A DNA stretch of 64,000 nucleotides from contig OX597815.1 of NCBI GenBank assembly GCA_951406725.2, forward strand, positions 142,228,001 to 142,292,000. The letters are read 5' to 3'. Position numbers and translations under genes: made by a program. Below are positions 26,501 to 39,899 of this stretch, in pieces (position 1 is the first letter of the stretch; every line of letters starts with the position of its first letter). The DNA comes from Octopus vulgaris. Taxonomy: Eukaryota. A model generated the notes under the pieces. The model saw only the letters and a program-made list of their open reading frames with translations, was not told where the DNA came from and did no database searches.

Positions 26501-29353
26501 AATATCTACTATGACAAGACATAAAAACTATGTGGAAAAGTGTTACTAGGTTGTTGGATTGTTTGTTTTAAATAATTAACTGATATTTAGTGTATTACCT
26601 TGGAATGCATATGAGGAATTAACTACAGTGTGTCTATACTTATATATTAATTGCTTTCAAATGCTTCATTTTGGAATTCATTTGTCAATTATAATTAAGC
26701 TTATTTTATCAATATGAAACTAGTAGCAAAATCAATGGTAGGTCTGGTGCTTCATCGCGGGATTTGAAAATAAAATATTGTGTTATAAGTTTGAAAGTAT
26801 ATTTACTTTAAACGTATACAGTTTTCAGTCCGTTTTTAAATTGTTGCACTTATTTGTTGCTATTTTTTGATGAAATAGTTTTCAGTTTCCCTACATTACT
26901 TATAGCCGCTGTGTTCTACGTAATATTAGATTTCTATCTGTATCTGATTAGTTGTAAGCGCTATTGGTTTCTTTTATTTCTCATATCACGATACTTAATT
27001 TTCTTTCGAAGCTATTAGTATTTATTTTCTAAATTTTCAATTTTAGTCAAGAAAATTTCCTCCGTAAACATGTGTAAAAATGTCTTAGTTACTTAACGGT
27101 ATCATCTATAAATTTATATTAGTTATGTTTTATCAATAGGCAGTACATTATCAAACAAGGGAAGTGTATAAACGTCCACGGGTTGCTGATGATAACAGAG
27201 ACTCATCTAAGTTTTAGAAACCTAGTTTGCGTAATGTTTAACTATTGATGCGTATCTCTACTTCGTATAGTGTAACAGTTGCAAAAGCAAAACTACTAAA
27301 GTATTCTGTTTTCCTTTATCCGTAGGAGTATTTTACCCATATTAAAAACACTAGAAAATCTGTTGCGAAGCAGTTTTAAAATGTATCATTTCTAACCGCC
27401 AAAGCTTAGCGGTTTGAAATTATACAAGTAATGATACGAAAGATACGTGTCAATTGAAATGATACGAAGTAATCCATTACCCTACCTTCTATTCCAAGTA
27501 ACTGTGATTCTAGGAAATTGGTAAATGAATACTGAGTGATCGTGTCACGCACAAAGAACTAGTTTCTCTAAGGTATATAGCTGAAATTTTTCAGACCAAT
27601 TTCAAGCAGTTGCTTTTAAATATCCACATAACTAAATACATTTTACTCTCTAGTTGTATCTTAGGAAGTAAAAGAAAACGATAAGTACAGACTGAAATTG
27701 ACTATACTCTAAAACACCAATTCTTATATCATAATCTATATAAACAGTATAAGTTACGGCCCAATACGAAATTAAGAAAAAACACTTCCACATAAAATTC
27801 AGATACAAAGAATATCATTTTAATGTCAGTCCACCCACGTAACAAAATATTATCAAAAATTCTACATAAAGTCAAATGGTAATCAGCCTATTTTCTATAC
27901 GTATTTCCATGTTAATCTACATATCCACTAAAAAGTACGAAATGATATCATACTTACGCCTACTTCATATTGTCGTGCAAACATTTGGCAAAATGGAGAG
28001 TGAGAGAGAAAGAGTGAGAGGCAGAACGGAGAGATTGAGAGAGCAACAATTTGTTAAACGTTCCAATTTATATTTGGCTTTATTTCGATCTAGTGTGTGT
28101 GTGAAGGTTTGCTCTTACTATATATGGATACATGTGTACTGTGTGGGGTGAATTTTATTTTTTCATAATCGCAAATTGCTAATAATTACGCATTGCATAA
28201 TTTTTGTATATTTCTTGTTTACTACCGTAAGAAGACTACGCATACACAAACAAACACCTGCACACATGCATATATTTAAGTGCATCTGAGTATGGATATA
28301 TATATCTGTGAGCGCGTGTGTGTGCATATATATGGATGGATGGATGTTGATGTGCATTATTGAAGAACTTTTGAATATACATAGCTTATCAAACCCCAAA
28401 TCAAAACATTTAATGAAGTCACTAATAAACTTAAAACTACATGTCCAAAAATGTTAAAAGGTTAGATCTATAACTAACGTTTGTGAAGAAAAAGTGTTGT
28501 AGAAAATATAAAATTACACGTCCATAAACTTGAAAATCTATGCAATTTCATGGGGGGGGCCGATCATGACGTAAATTATATTACCACTGCAAAATCAATT
28601 CTTATAGAATAAATTTTGCCAGCATTCTAATGAACAATGAATGATTTTAATATATTATTTACTATTATCTCGTTTGCATGCGTATGTTGGCATGGATGTA
28701 TCTGCAAATAATGAATGTATCTGTATAGCTACCTTCGCCCTCACACAAATAATCTGATCGACTCGACTATTCTTTACGTGTACAAAGCCAATGTGTATAC
28801 ATCAATCAAATGGTGTAGTAAATACACATATCATTTTGTTTCACATTGAACTTAAAACTTTAACTTATTAATCGTAATTCTGTTTCTTTTCTATCTACCA
28901 TCTCGGATCTATTCTATTCTTTGACCAATGCTGCTAAATATGTCGTTAATAAGCCCACGACTGGACTTGGACAACCAACTAAACTATCAAATACTTCGGT
29001 TAAAAGTATGCATATTCTGGCAATAACAGCATATAACCTCCTAATACTAACCCCGACACTAAATAGTAATGTTTGTACAGTTATCTTGTTTTCGTCAGAT
29101 AATAAATATAACGATATAAACAGAACGCTGAATAGAATACCCAAATGTCTAACTGAATATATGGTAAGTCATTCTTCAAACAATACAATGCCCTTAGTGT
29201 AACCTTTCTAAATTATCCTCGTTTCCTTTCTACAGTTCTTTGTAAAATGCCTCCTACAATAATTCGATTTACCTCTCCCGTCTCTCTAGAAAAATACCCT
29301 CAAAGCCATTTTTTTCTTTTAAAATAGTTTACCACGCGATAAACGATAAACGT

Positions 29354-29876
29354 CGCCCTTTTCAAGCCTAGCCAGGCTCATGGGCCCGGTTTCCCGGTTT
29401 CTACGGCGTATGTGCTCCCCCCCAGCTGGACGGGACGCCAGTCCATTGCAGCGTTACTCAAGAAACAGGAAGAGAGAGTGGGAGAAAGTTGTGGCGAAAG
29501 AGTACAACAGGGGTCACTATCACCCCCTGCCGGAGCTTCATGGAGCTTTTACTTGTTTTCGTTCAATAAACACACACAACGCCCGGTCTGGAAATCGAAA
29601 CCGCGATCCTCTGACGCGAGTCCGCTGCCCTAACCACAGGGCAATTGCGCCCTTTTAAAGCTAGCCAGGCTCATGGGCCCGTTTCCCGGTTTCCATGGCG
29701 TATGTGTTCCACAGCCGGGGCTGGACACCTGTCCATCCCGGCGTTACTTATCTTTGCCAGCTGAATGGACTGGAGCAACGTGAAATGAAGTGTTTTGCTC
29801 AAGAAACAACGCGCCGCTTGGTCCAAGTATGGAAACCACAATCTGACACCCTAACCAGTAAGCCACGCGCCTCCAC
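29354..29876 (-). mobile_element. Two head-to-tail tRNA-derived SINEs sharing a 3' tail (29354-29651 and 29650-29876)
   Basis: Head ggcgcaattgccctgtggttagggcagcgg...ggtttcgatttcc (A/B boxes); atggactggcgtcccgtccag central motif; both copies carry ctagccaggctcatgggcccg. Confidence 0.8.
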
Positions 29877-30529
29877 AGTTTACCACTCGCTTAACCTATT
29901 TCATCATTCACCAGCTGTAAGGACCTACTTTCCTCTGCTTTCCCCAACACACGTACTTTACTACCCAACCTACTGCACTGATTTCTGTTCGATAACATGT
30001 TCTTCACACATTCTGTTAATTATATTAAAGTATTTTAAAACAATTATCCTATTATTTCATTGTTCAGATACTTTTAAAAGAATCCCTTTTATTTAAAGCT
30101 AATTATTGTTTTATTAGACTGTCGTTTGTCATCGCCTCAAAATACAACAATCCTTAATTATGTTCTTGCCTATATATAACCTAATTACTTAAGCAGTTTA
30201 AAAATTAATAATCTTACTTAATACAATAAAATGTTATATACACTACCTTATTGGAATCTAGGTATTCATTTCATCCTATAGAGTTAGTCATTCGTTCATT
30301 ATGTAGTTGATTACTTTTATTAACGTTCTTCTGTAAGAGTCCTAAATAACCTGAAATACCTTATCTGGTAGGTATGACCTAACTACACTGTTCATTTATA
30401 CCACCTTTATTCAACCCCTACTTTCATTTTTCAAATTTCACAAAACACACAGCCTCATTCATTCTATTAATGCAAGATTAATTTCCCTTATATTATTATA
30501 TATTTCATCTAATATTTTCTAGCTTTTAA

Positions 30530-30742
30530 GGCGGCGAGCTGGCAGAAACGTTAGCACGCCGGCCGAAATGCTTAGTAGTATTTCGTGTTCCGCTACGTTC
30601 CGAGTTCAAATTCCGGCAAAGTCGACTTTTCCGTTCATCATTTCGGGGTCGATTTAAAAAGTACCCGTTATGCAATGGGGTCGATATAATCGACTTAATC
30701 CGTTTGCCTGTCCTTGTTTGTCCTCTCTCTGTTTAGCCCTTA
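30530..30742 (+). mobile_element. tRNA-derived SINE, near full length
   Basis: ggcggcgagctggcagaaacgttagc...gagttcaaattcc; same family as 6695-7113. Confidence 0.85.
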
Positions 30743-30910
30743 TATACACTATATATAGTTTGTTTATTAATTCCAGCTCACGGCGTTCTGTCGAAATTGC
30801 TGACTTCAACCGTAATCGGTAAGGGAACCGATAATATTGTTAGTGAGTCGGTTAAAATAATTTGTGTAATTCTTCAAATCCTGTATGTTGAGAGTTCATA
30901 TATATATATA

Positions 30911-31019
30911 TCCACTCACAAGGCTTTGGTCTGTCCGAGGCTATAGTAGAAGGCACTTACCCAAAGTGCCACGCAGTGAGACTGAACCCGGAACCATGTG
31001 GTTCGTAAGCAAGCTACTT
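30911..31019 (-). mobile_element. SINE (family of 33456) split by an insertion; head resumes at 32604-32630
   Basis: tccactcacaaggctttggt...aagcaagctactt continues as aagcaagctacttaccacacag at 32604. Confidence 0.85.
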
Positions 31020-32603
31020 TATTTTGTCAAATTTGCCATAAAGGCAGTACAAAGATCGGGAAGCTTTGCGGGCTGGACAAACACATTAATGAAATAAAAT
31101 GAAAAAATGAGAGACGAAGCTCAACACCCGCCGATTGGATGTTTCTCGAAAACATATTTTCTTTGTTTAAAAATCAATATGAGGTTTCCAACAAAAAGGA
31201 GGCACTAAAACCTCTTACTTAACAATTTTTAAAAACACAATTGAGGTTATAAACCACTACAAATATAATACAGTAAGATGAGGTTTCAAACCCTCTAACG
31301 AGGCTTTTCACCTCCTTCTCATCGATATATCCATCAATATATCCATCATTATCTTCAATGCCGCTTGAGTTCCTGTATCCCGCCATTTCCCATGCCTCAC
31401 ACATGTAGGACACGTAAGTCGTGTAAGGGCCACCCGGCCATATGCGACACTCCTCTCCAAATCCTTTAAGCCTTTCTCACAAGGGAAACCTTACGACCTC
31501 CACAGCTATCTGTGGAGGCCATTCGGGATCTCGGGTGGAGGGCATATCTACTGTCTCTTTATGTTCTTCTACTATTTGGTCCACCTCCCCGCCTTTGTAG
31601 AAAAAGATAATTAATTCGTCATCTTTAATGGTGGGAGTCGCTTCTTCCACCGTTGGTGGCACAACTTCGAGACAGGCAGACGGCACATCATCTCTCAACT
31701 TCAATGAACTGCTCTTCTTTCTTTTTTCTTTTTTTTCTTTCCTCCCTGACTTCGGGAGAGTAGAGCTCTTCCGCTGTGTCCGGAATTTTCTCCTCCACCT
31801 CCCGAAGCCTGAGGGTCCTTCGGCGGGCAACCATTGTTGCCAGTCTTCTTCCTTTTTAATCCTTTTTGGGTTGCATGCTTGACACAGCGGAATATGTATT
31901 TCACAGAAGACAAATAGTCTTTCACTTCATTTTCTATAACTGGTTTCGGGAAGACGGTGATGCTATCAAGAACTTTAGAATACGTTCTAACCACCACTGT
32001 CCTCTCCTCCATATCTTTTAACTACTGCTTCGGTGGGACAATCTCCCACTTCAAAGCAGCGGCACCATTCTTTATCGCCACGAGGAAGAAGGTTCAATGT
32101 CCACAAAAATAGAAATACACTAGAAAGAAAAAAAAAGTCCGAACGAAAAATATACAGTAAAAAATATGACAAAAGAAAACCAGAGGAACAGTTCAAAGAA
32201 CAGAAGGAAAAACACGGAAGAAATAAAAATATGGTTCCAAATGGCAACTACACAATTCCGGTCACAGGTACTCCTGGTCCTCTTCTTTGGCTGATACTCC
32301 AAGCTGGAATCTTAAATCCACAGAAGACAATCTTCCCCACAATGGGCCACAAAATTTTCAATGACTGGAAGAAACTTCAAAATTTGGGCAGAGATATGCC
32401 CCCCAAATTATTTCAACAAGCCAAAATCACAATAGAGAGCAGGCGAAATTGTCCCAGAGCTGGGCGAAATTTACTGAAAAAAATTCCAAAACATTAAATC
32501 ACGCCCAGCTCATAACAAACAAAATCACCTGCCGGAACGGACTTCTTAATTTCCTGTTTTAGGATGGAGCACACTAGCTTACGTCCTCCTTATTCAAGTA
32601 TTG
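31020..32603 (-). mobile_element. 1.58-kb RT-less retro-insertion with 13-bp TSD (probable non-autonomous L1/Tx1-like derivative)
   Basis: aagcaagctactt at 31007-31019 and 32604-32616; minus-strand end caaaata(aa); ORF1-like fragments 31701-32012 and 31477-31830. Confidence 0.75.
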
Positions 32604-32865
32604 AAGCAAGCTACTTACCACACAGTCGCTCATTTATTATTTTTATTATTATTATTATTAATATTATTATTATTATTTTTTATTATTATTATTATTATTA
32701 TTTTCATCCTCATTGTTAGTGTTGTTATTTGTTGTTTTAATAATTGTTCATGTCATCGTATATCATAGCCATAATATATTGTTATAATAAAGATAAATCA
32801 TTGCATTGTCAATTGTATTCTCTATTTAATTTATTATTTATATTTATATATGGAACAATCAGATA

Positions 32866-32918
<53 letters not shown>

Positions 32919-33020
32919 GATCGTTCCAAGATGTAAGTACACGTGAACTGTTGGTGATTTGTTTTTTCGGGTTTTTTTTGCCTCCTTCTTCCTCTTATTT
33001 TGGACTTTCCTATGTCTCTT

Positions 33021-33050
33021 GTTTCTGAAGAAGAGCTTTGCTCGAAACAG
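33021..33050 (+). ncRNA. Partial HHR motif (canonical core, 3' strand lost) in a short (TA)n-flanked element 32916-33160
   Basis: CUGAAGA-A-GAGC-uuu-GCUC-GAAAC; no UH or helix I 3' strand follows. Confidence 0.5.
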
Positions 33051-33156
33051 CCGATCATTCTTTCTTTCTCTGGGAGCCTTATTAATAAATTTGCATGCAC
33101 CACGACCTCGCTTCGTTGTTTTTCCTGTTGTCTTTTTTGCTCATTTTAAAAAAATA

Positions 33157-33214
<58 letters not shown>

Positions 33215-33219
33215 TATAC

Positions 33220-33430
33220 ATTTTTTTACGTGTTTCAGTCATTTGCCTCCGACCATGTTGGATTTGTTCAACTTACCGCCTTTGAGGGGATGTAAGTTGA
33301 ACAAATTTACCCCCATCGACTACTTGTATCATTAAGCCTAGTAATTATTCTATGTTTCTTTTGCCGAGCCTTTAAATTACGGAGATGCAAACGCAACAGC
33401 ACCGATTGTCAAATATTGCCGATGGGGAAA
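33220..33430 (-). mobile_element. Old SINE 3' half
   Basis: Reverse complement resembles 33700-33900. Confidence 0.65.
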
Positions 33431-33455
33431 GCTTGCACATATACATATATACATA

Positions 33456-33613
33456 GGCGTAGGAGTGGCTGTGTGGTAAGTAGCTTGCTTACGAGCCACA
33501 TGGTTCCGGGTTCAGTCCCACTTCGTGGCACCTTGGGTAAGTGTCTTCACCTATAGCCTCGGGCCGACCAAAGCCTTGTGAGTGGATTTGGTAGACGGAA
33601 ACTGAAAGAAGCC

Positions 33614-33680
<67 letters not shown>

Positions 33681-33900
33681 CGTGTTTGTGTGTCTGTGTT
33701 TGTCCCCCCACCCAACATCGCTTGACAACCGATGCTGGTGTGTTTACGTCCCCGTAACTTTAGTGGTTCGGCAAAAAAGAGACCGATAAAATAAGTACTA
33801 GGCTTACAAAGAATAAGTCCTGGGGGCGATTTGATCGACTAAAGGCGGTGCTCCAGCATGGCCACAGTCACATGAGTGAAACACGTAAAAGAGTAAAGAG
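33456..33900 (+). mobile_element. Full-length tRNA-derived SINE with internal (TA)n
   Basis: ggcgtaggagtggctgtgtggtaag...ggttcagtccc...; tail ggcggtgctccagcatggcc...gtaaaagagtaaagag. Confidence 0.85.
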
Positions 33901-33904
33901 TATA

Positions 33905-35431
33905 CAGACAGGCATACACAGGCCCTGACGGCATACACCCACGGGTTATCAAAGCGTTGGCTCCGGTCATCTGCGAGCCCTTAACACGACTATTCAATAT
34001 GTCATTGGCGACGGGTGTTATACCTGCAGACTGGAGAACAGCGATAATCTGCCCAATTTTCAAGACAGGGAGCCGCGAAGACCCGCTTAACTACCGACCG
34101 GTTTCCCTTACATCAATAATCAGCAAGATGTTCGAAACCATCCTTAAGAAAAGTATGATGCTCCACCTCCTAAACACAGCCTCTATCTCTGATTCCCAAC
34201 ACGGCTTGACCAACTTACTAGTAATGGAAGAATTGGTGACGCGCATCCTCGATGATAGTGATGCTGTTGACATCGTTTTATTGGACTTTGCCAAAGCTTT
34301 TGACTCGGTAAACCACCGCCTATTACTTGTCAAGCTTCAAGCATATAGTTTCCATCCAGATATTATACGATGGGTTGGTGCCTTCCTCTCAGATCGCTCC
34401 TTCCAAGTCCAAGTTAATGGTTCGCGGTCCGACGTCTCCAGTGCGAGCAGTGGCGTGCCTCAAGGTTCAGTGCTTGGGCCCTTGTTGTTCTTAGTCTTCA
34501 TAAATGACTTGCCCGACGACCTCACGCAACACACCCTTCTATTTGCCGACGATATCAAACTGGTCGCTCCTCGCGGTAATATAGAGGATCTTCGTTGATG
34601 CCTTCACCACATTTGGAAGTGGTCTAACGATTGGGACCTGTGTCTGAACGTGTCAAAGTGCTGTCATCTGCCTGTCGGCTCTACTCCTGCAACTCAACTT
34701 GATTTCGAGCCGGGTCGTCTGCTGCTGGAGAGGACCGATCAGGTAAAGGACCTGGGGATCTTGGTGGATTCCTCCTTTTCGCCTTCGGCCCAGTGCGTCC
34801 ATGCTGCCAGCAAAGCACGCGGAATTCTGTTCTTGATTCGACGGTCATTCGGAATGCTCACAGCAGCCATATTCCTACCACTCTATGTCACGCTGGTGAG
34901 ACCCATATTGGAGTATGGGATTCAAGCCTCTCCTCCTTATCTCCTCAAAGACATACAGCATCTCGAAAGAGTCCAGAAGCTGGCTACCCGCATGGTTCAT
35001 GGTCTCAAAAATTTGTCCTACGAAGAAAGGCTGAGGACGCTCGACCTTTATTCTCTTGAAAAACGCCGCCGCCGTGGTGATCTCATTCTCGCCCACAACA
35101 TCATAAGCGGAAAGTGTAACCTCTCGAAAGAGCTGTTCTTCACTCCTGCTCCAGAGCGTCGGCTGCGGAGTCATTCCGAAAAGCTCTACCTGCGACGATT
35201 TCATCTCAATCGAAGGAGAGGAGCTTTCTCTGTCCGGGTTGCGGATCCGTGGAACAAGCTGCCAGACGAGATGGTGAAGATGCCGACGACCGCTTTGTTC
35301 AAAGCCTCCCTGGACCTCAAGTGGCCTGAACTCTTTACATGAACACCACCCTGTACTTAACACCATGTCCCCCTACATGGCCTTGCTATTTGCTTTTGAG
35401 CCAAATTAACTAACTAACTAACTAACTAACT
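33905..35431 (+). mobile_element. 5'-truncated CR1-group-like LINE with (TAAC)n tail
   Basis: GPDGIHP, NYRPVSLTS, DFAKAFD, GVPQGSVLGPLLF, LFADD, RPILEY; ORFs 33957-34598 and 34650-35342 share a frame across one TGA; short deletion after QHG; tail (TAAC)n at about 35407-35431. Confidence 0.95.
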
Positions 35432-35853
35432 GTATATCATGTTATGCTTAGAAGCGGTGCATAGTACCAGAGTTTTTCACTCGAGTCTATGTAACAAATA
35501 CTCCTATTCGTTTTTCAAAGTGTTTAGCGTATATGTGACAAGGAACGGCCTGATTGTACTTTCATCGAGTCCTATAATTTCTAATATCGAATGCAAACCA
35601 AATAAGGATATTTTAAAAGAATTTGATACGTAGTTTTCAGACTTGCATAATATATTAAACACTTAAATTACAATGTAACTATTCAAATATCTAATCTCCC
35701 TATGCACTTGGTTTTCATATATTCCACGCATTTACTCACGCTTTATCAGTCATTATATTCACACATACGCACACGCTCACACACACACATACACACACAT
35801 ACATATATATATATATACATGTATACATATTGATATATATATACGATATATAT

Positions 35854-35903
<50 letters not shown>

Positions 35904-36269
35904 ATATATGCACCTACTGAATGATATGTAAAAAACTGGTATTCGAACAATGGAGTTGTTTGGTGCTATATTGTGCTATAGAAGTTAACTGTTTAATTTT
36001 TTAGCCAATACTTTATGTTATGAGATATGTAAACATGTTTATATAAATCATGCTTTCTGGGAAAAAATGCATGAATAGCTGTTCAACTTACTTAACTAGA
36101 CATGAACATACTGCGTTAAGCACCCACTGAATTTAGTGAATAAATGCTTTGAATAGACAGATTGCATGGAAACATTTTCTTAGTAATTCTTCTGTATTTT
36201 AATTTAGCTATGTATTAAAAGTGTTTCGTTTCGCAGGAGCAATGTATTATAGAATATAATTTCGTGAAT

Positions 36270-36480
36270 GTGGTAAGCTGGCAGAACCGTTAGCACACCG
36301 GGCAAAATGCTTAGTGGTGTTTCGTCTATCTTTGCGTACTGAGTTCAAATTCCGCCGAGGTCAACTTCGCTTTTCACACTTTCGTTGTCGATAAATTTAG
36401 TACCAGTTGCGTACTGGGGTAGATCTAATCGACTGACCCTTCCCCCAAAATTTCGGGCCTTGTACCTAGAGTAAAAAGAA
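36270..36480 (+). mobile_element. tRNA-derived SINE
   Basis: agctggcagaaccgttagcacaccgggcaaaatgc...gagttcaaattccgccgagg. Confidence 0.85.
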
Positions 36481-38209
36481 CATAATTTCATGCATAACAT
36501 TATAATGTTATATAACGACCAAACCCTTATGAAACTCAGAAAGCCGCTTTCTTTATTCCCGATAGAAAACTGAAATCAAGAAAAGGCCATGGCATTGTAG
36601 GCGCAGGAGAAATAAAGCCAGGTAGCAAAGCAGTTAATGGAGAAAGGAGATTGGTGCAAATGTTCTCTATGGCATATGGCATAAATTGTTAATTTGCATT
36701 TTTTCGGATGAAGTTGCATTTGAATTTTGAAATGTTTAATCGGACCTCATGTTTTACGATTTATACTGTTAATCGCACACACGTGATCCAAATGAATCTT
36801 GCCTCAATCTATGAGAGGAAGAAAACTTTGTTAGATTCCAGTATTTTCATATCTACAGCATGTAGGCTTGATCTCCGCTATATTTAATATTCATATTTTT
36901 AGATGTATCTTGTAGATTAGGAATAACTGATAAAAGATGTTGTGTAGATTTGTATTCCTTGGTTAAAGTGTTCGTATTATTAGCAATGACATTGTCTTCG
37001 TATTTAAGATCCCAGCTGATTTCCTCACATAAATAATTGGTTGCTCCACACTTCTCATTCATTCTGCAACGATGACATCTACCAGCAACATTAAAATTCT
37101 CTAATGACACGCAAATTGTATCCGTATGTACTTACATACACGTCCAACGTAATGTACAGAAACGTTTCTTTCTGCATATCTCTGAATAGAATAACGTGAA
37201 GTTAGAGTTCATTATTGTTAGTAATGAAGAAACATATATCAAAATTCAATTCATTTGACATTTAAGAGTCAAGTAACAGAATTCACAAATTCATGATCGT
37301 AGAATTTCTATAACATACGATAATTTGTGTCGTGGTATCACTCGTTTATTACTAACTACATTTCCTCATTTAAAGAGAAATATTCGTCAGCATTTAAGAT
37401 TCGTTTGACAATTGTTTCCTTTATATTCATCAATGTTTACCCCAGCGTAGTAGTTGCTTTTATCGGTTTGCGTCATTACTAATATAAATAATTGCTTCTG
37501 CAACGTTTAGGGGAATATTCTATCCATTTTTTATTTTATTACTAAAGTGTATAGAAGACTGTCTTAAAGAACATATTAACTACAAAACAGATTTAATACC
37601 AAAAGGGTAAAATCCACAAACGAAAGAAAATATGGTGTAATCCATCTCAGTTTTTAAAAATTTTATAATTCTTTTCAACGCTTTCCTAAAAATTACAAAT
37701 AAACACCTTCTCTTTGTCCCTATACATCATTTCCATCTATGGTGCTGTCATATTTGTAAGACTTGTAGCGTAATATTCGCTGCGTCTGTAGCAGTGTATA
37801 TGGAAGATATACTCACATGTATAAACATGCACATTTTTCTTTATTTCATTATTTCATCATTAATACCAACCCTCTCAGCGGCGTATGTTTTCCTAAAGCA
37901 TTAATTTATGAAGCTACTGTTGCTATTCCAAACACCAATTATATATGAGTGGTGAAAAAACTCGGAAATAAATATTTACTCTCCGAAATATTCCTCCCCA
38001 TCTCACTCTCTGAATATATCTGGAGATTAAAATTGATTGGCTGATTATAGATAACGCTTTGTCTTACAATGTTGCTATTCATCGCATTACAACAGTATCC
38101 CTCATCATATTACACACCACTAGATTTCAAAGATTGTAATTGGTAAATTCCTTAGACACTTCCTTTGATATCTCAATACCGCAAATACCTTAAAATAGCT
38201 AACATCGAA

Positions 38210-38430
38210 AAAAGTGTTGGTTTCAAACTTTGGCACGTGACTATCAACTTTGGAGGAAGATGCAAATCATTACAACGACCACATTGTGCAACTGGTATCT
38301 ATTCTATTGACCTAGAGATGATGAACGGTAAAGTCAGCCCTAGCAGCATTGGACCCAAGAACGTAAAAACGGGCGAAATGCCGTTAAGCGTTTCTACCAA
38401 CGTGCTGATAATTCTGCCAGCTCGCCGCCT
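38210..38430 (-). mobile_element. Diverged tRNA-derived SINE
   Basis: Minus-strand head ggcggcgagctggcagaattatcagc. Confidence 0.75.
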
Positions 38431-39853
38431 AGATATCGATAGAATTATTAACTAGTTAATGTAGTTTATTTTTTCTCACTCTGTGCTTAACATAACCCGC
38501 CTGTGTCCATATGAACTGTTTCTCTATTCAGTCAACACTGTCATTTGTCGTTGTTATTTGAATCTATATTACTGGGCGTGAACAAATCTTTTATATAAAA
38601 GAAACTAACTTCCAACACGTTTAGAGCCGAAATAGTAGAAAATAATAAGTAATGGACACCTTATGATCTAGATAGCTGAGCGAAAGCAATAACGCGTGGA
38701 TACTCTTGCGGCATTAGGCTGACGAAGAGATTAAAGAAAGCGTACTTTCACTACGTAAACATGGGAGAAGAAAAAGTCAGGTGAAAATGGGTATAAGACA
38801 GAATTTAGTATCAGGCGAGTAAAGGTAGTGATTATCATAAAGTGAGGCTGACGAAGTGAGCAATGCTGTTCTATCTATTTATTTCTTTCTTTCTTTCTTT
38901 CTTTCTTTCTTTATTTATTTATTTAATAACCGTTGATATTAACGCAAAAATATCGCTGGCTGCGGAGAAAGTTTTCTAGGAATAGCTATTCGACAACAGC
39001 AATAGATGCACCTAACAGTAGTCAATCGGACCTCATCAAAATTTCGTCATGTAAGCCAATATTGAGTATTTCAAACGATATTCTACGACCCATGGAGTTG
39101 TAAAATAATGGCTAGTGCGCGTGGGAACCTACCAAATTTAATGTCCGTCCCCCAATGAAATTCCTGGCTTGGCGTGGAAAAACGTATCATGGTCAGAACT
39201 GTTAAATAACTGAATGAGTATGCATTCATATGAGCATAACACATGTACGTACGTGTCTGTCTATATGTATGTCTGTGTGTATTAGAAACAAGACTATACA
39301 ACCCCTTACTCATTTTTCAAAGGCAAATTACCCTGACGTATACAATTATAACAAAGTACACTAATGACATGACATCAACACAGCTAAAGTCATATAATGG
39401 CAAGATTTTTTAAATTCTGAAGTGCGTATCAAGTTATTAAACAATCCAAGGTAAAGGTGAAGGCATTTAATGCATCTTACTGATTCTGAATATGCAAGGA
39501 TGTTTAGAGAAAGGGGGAATGTCATAAAATATACTTGGTGTATTGCAGCAACTGTAAAAGGAATTCGCAATAGAAATTTCTTTGCACGCACACATAAAAA
39601 AAGCCTAGCAAATGTACGATTCAATCCTGCTTTTAAGTGATTCCCATATCACTGGAAGTATTTTTTATGATTGAAAGATAACATTTGCAGATAGTAATTC
39701 TTACATAAGTATGTACGGGAGTATGTGTGGATTTGTACACGTATAAAAATTATATAGAAATATATAGGCATATATATATGAAGGAGTACATATCTCTATC
39801 TATATGTGTATACTTATACATACATGTACCCCTATTTGCATATATATGTATGC

Positions 39854-39899
<46 letters not shown>

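Noticed and set aside
34793-35366. Alternative-frame and antisense ORFs within LINEs (also 62310-63765)
   Set aside because: Shadows of RT coding sequence
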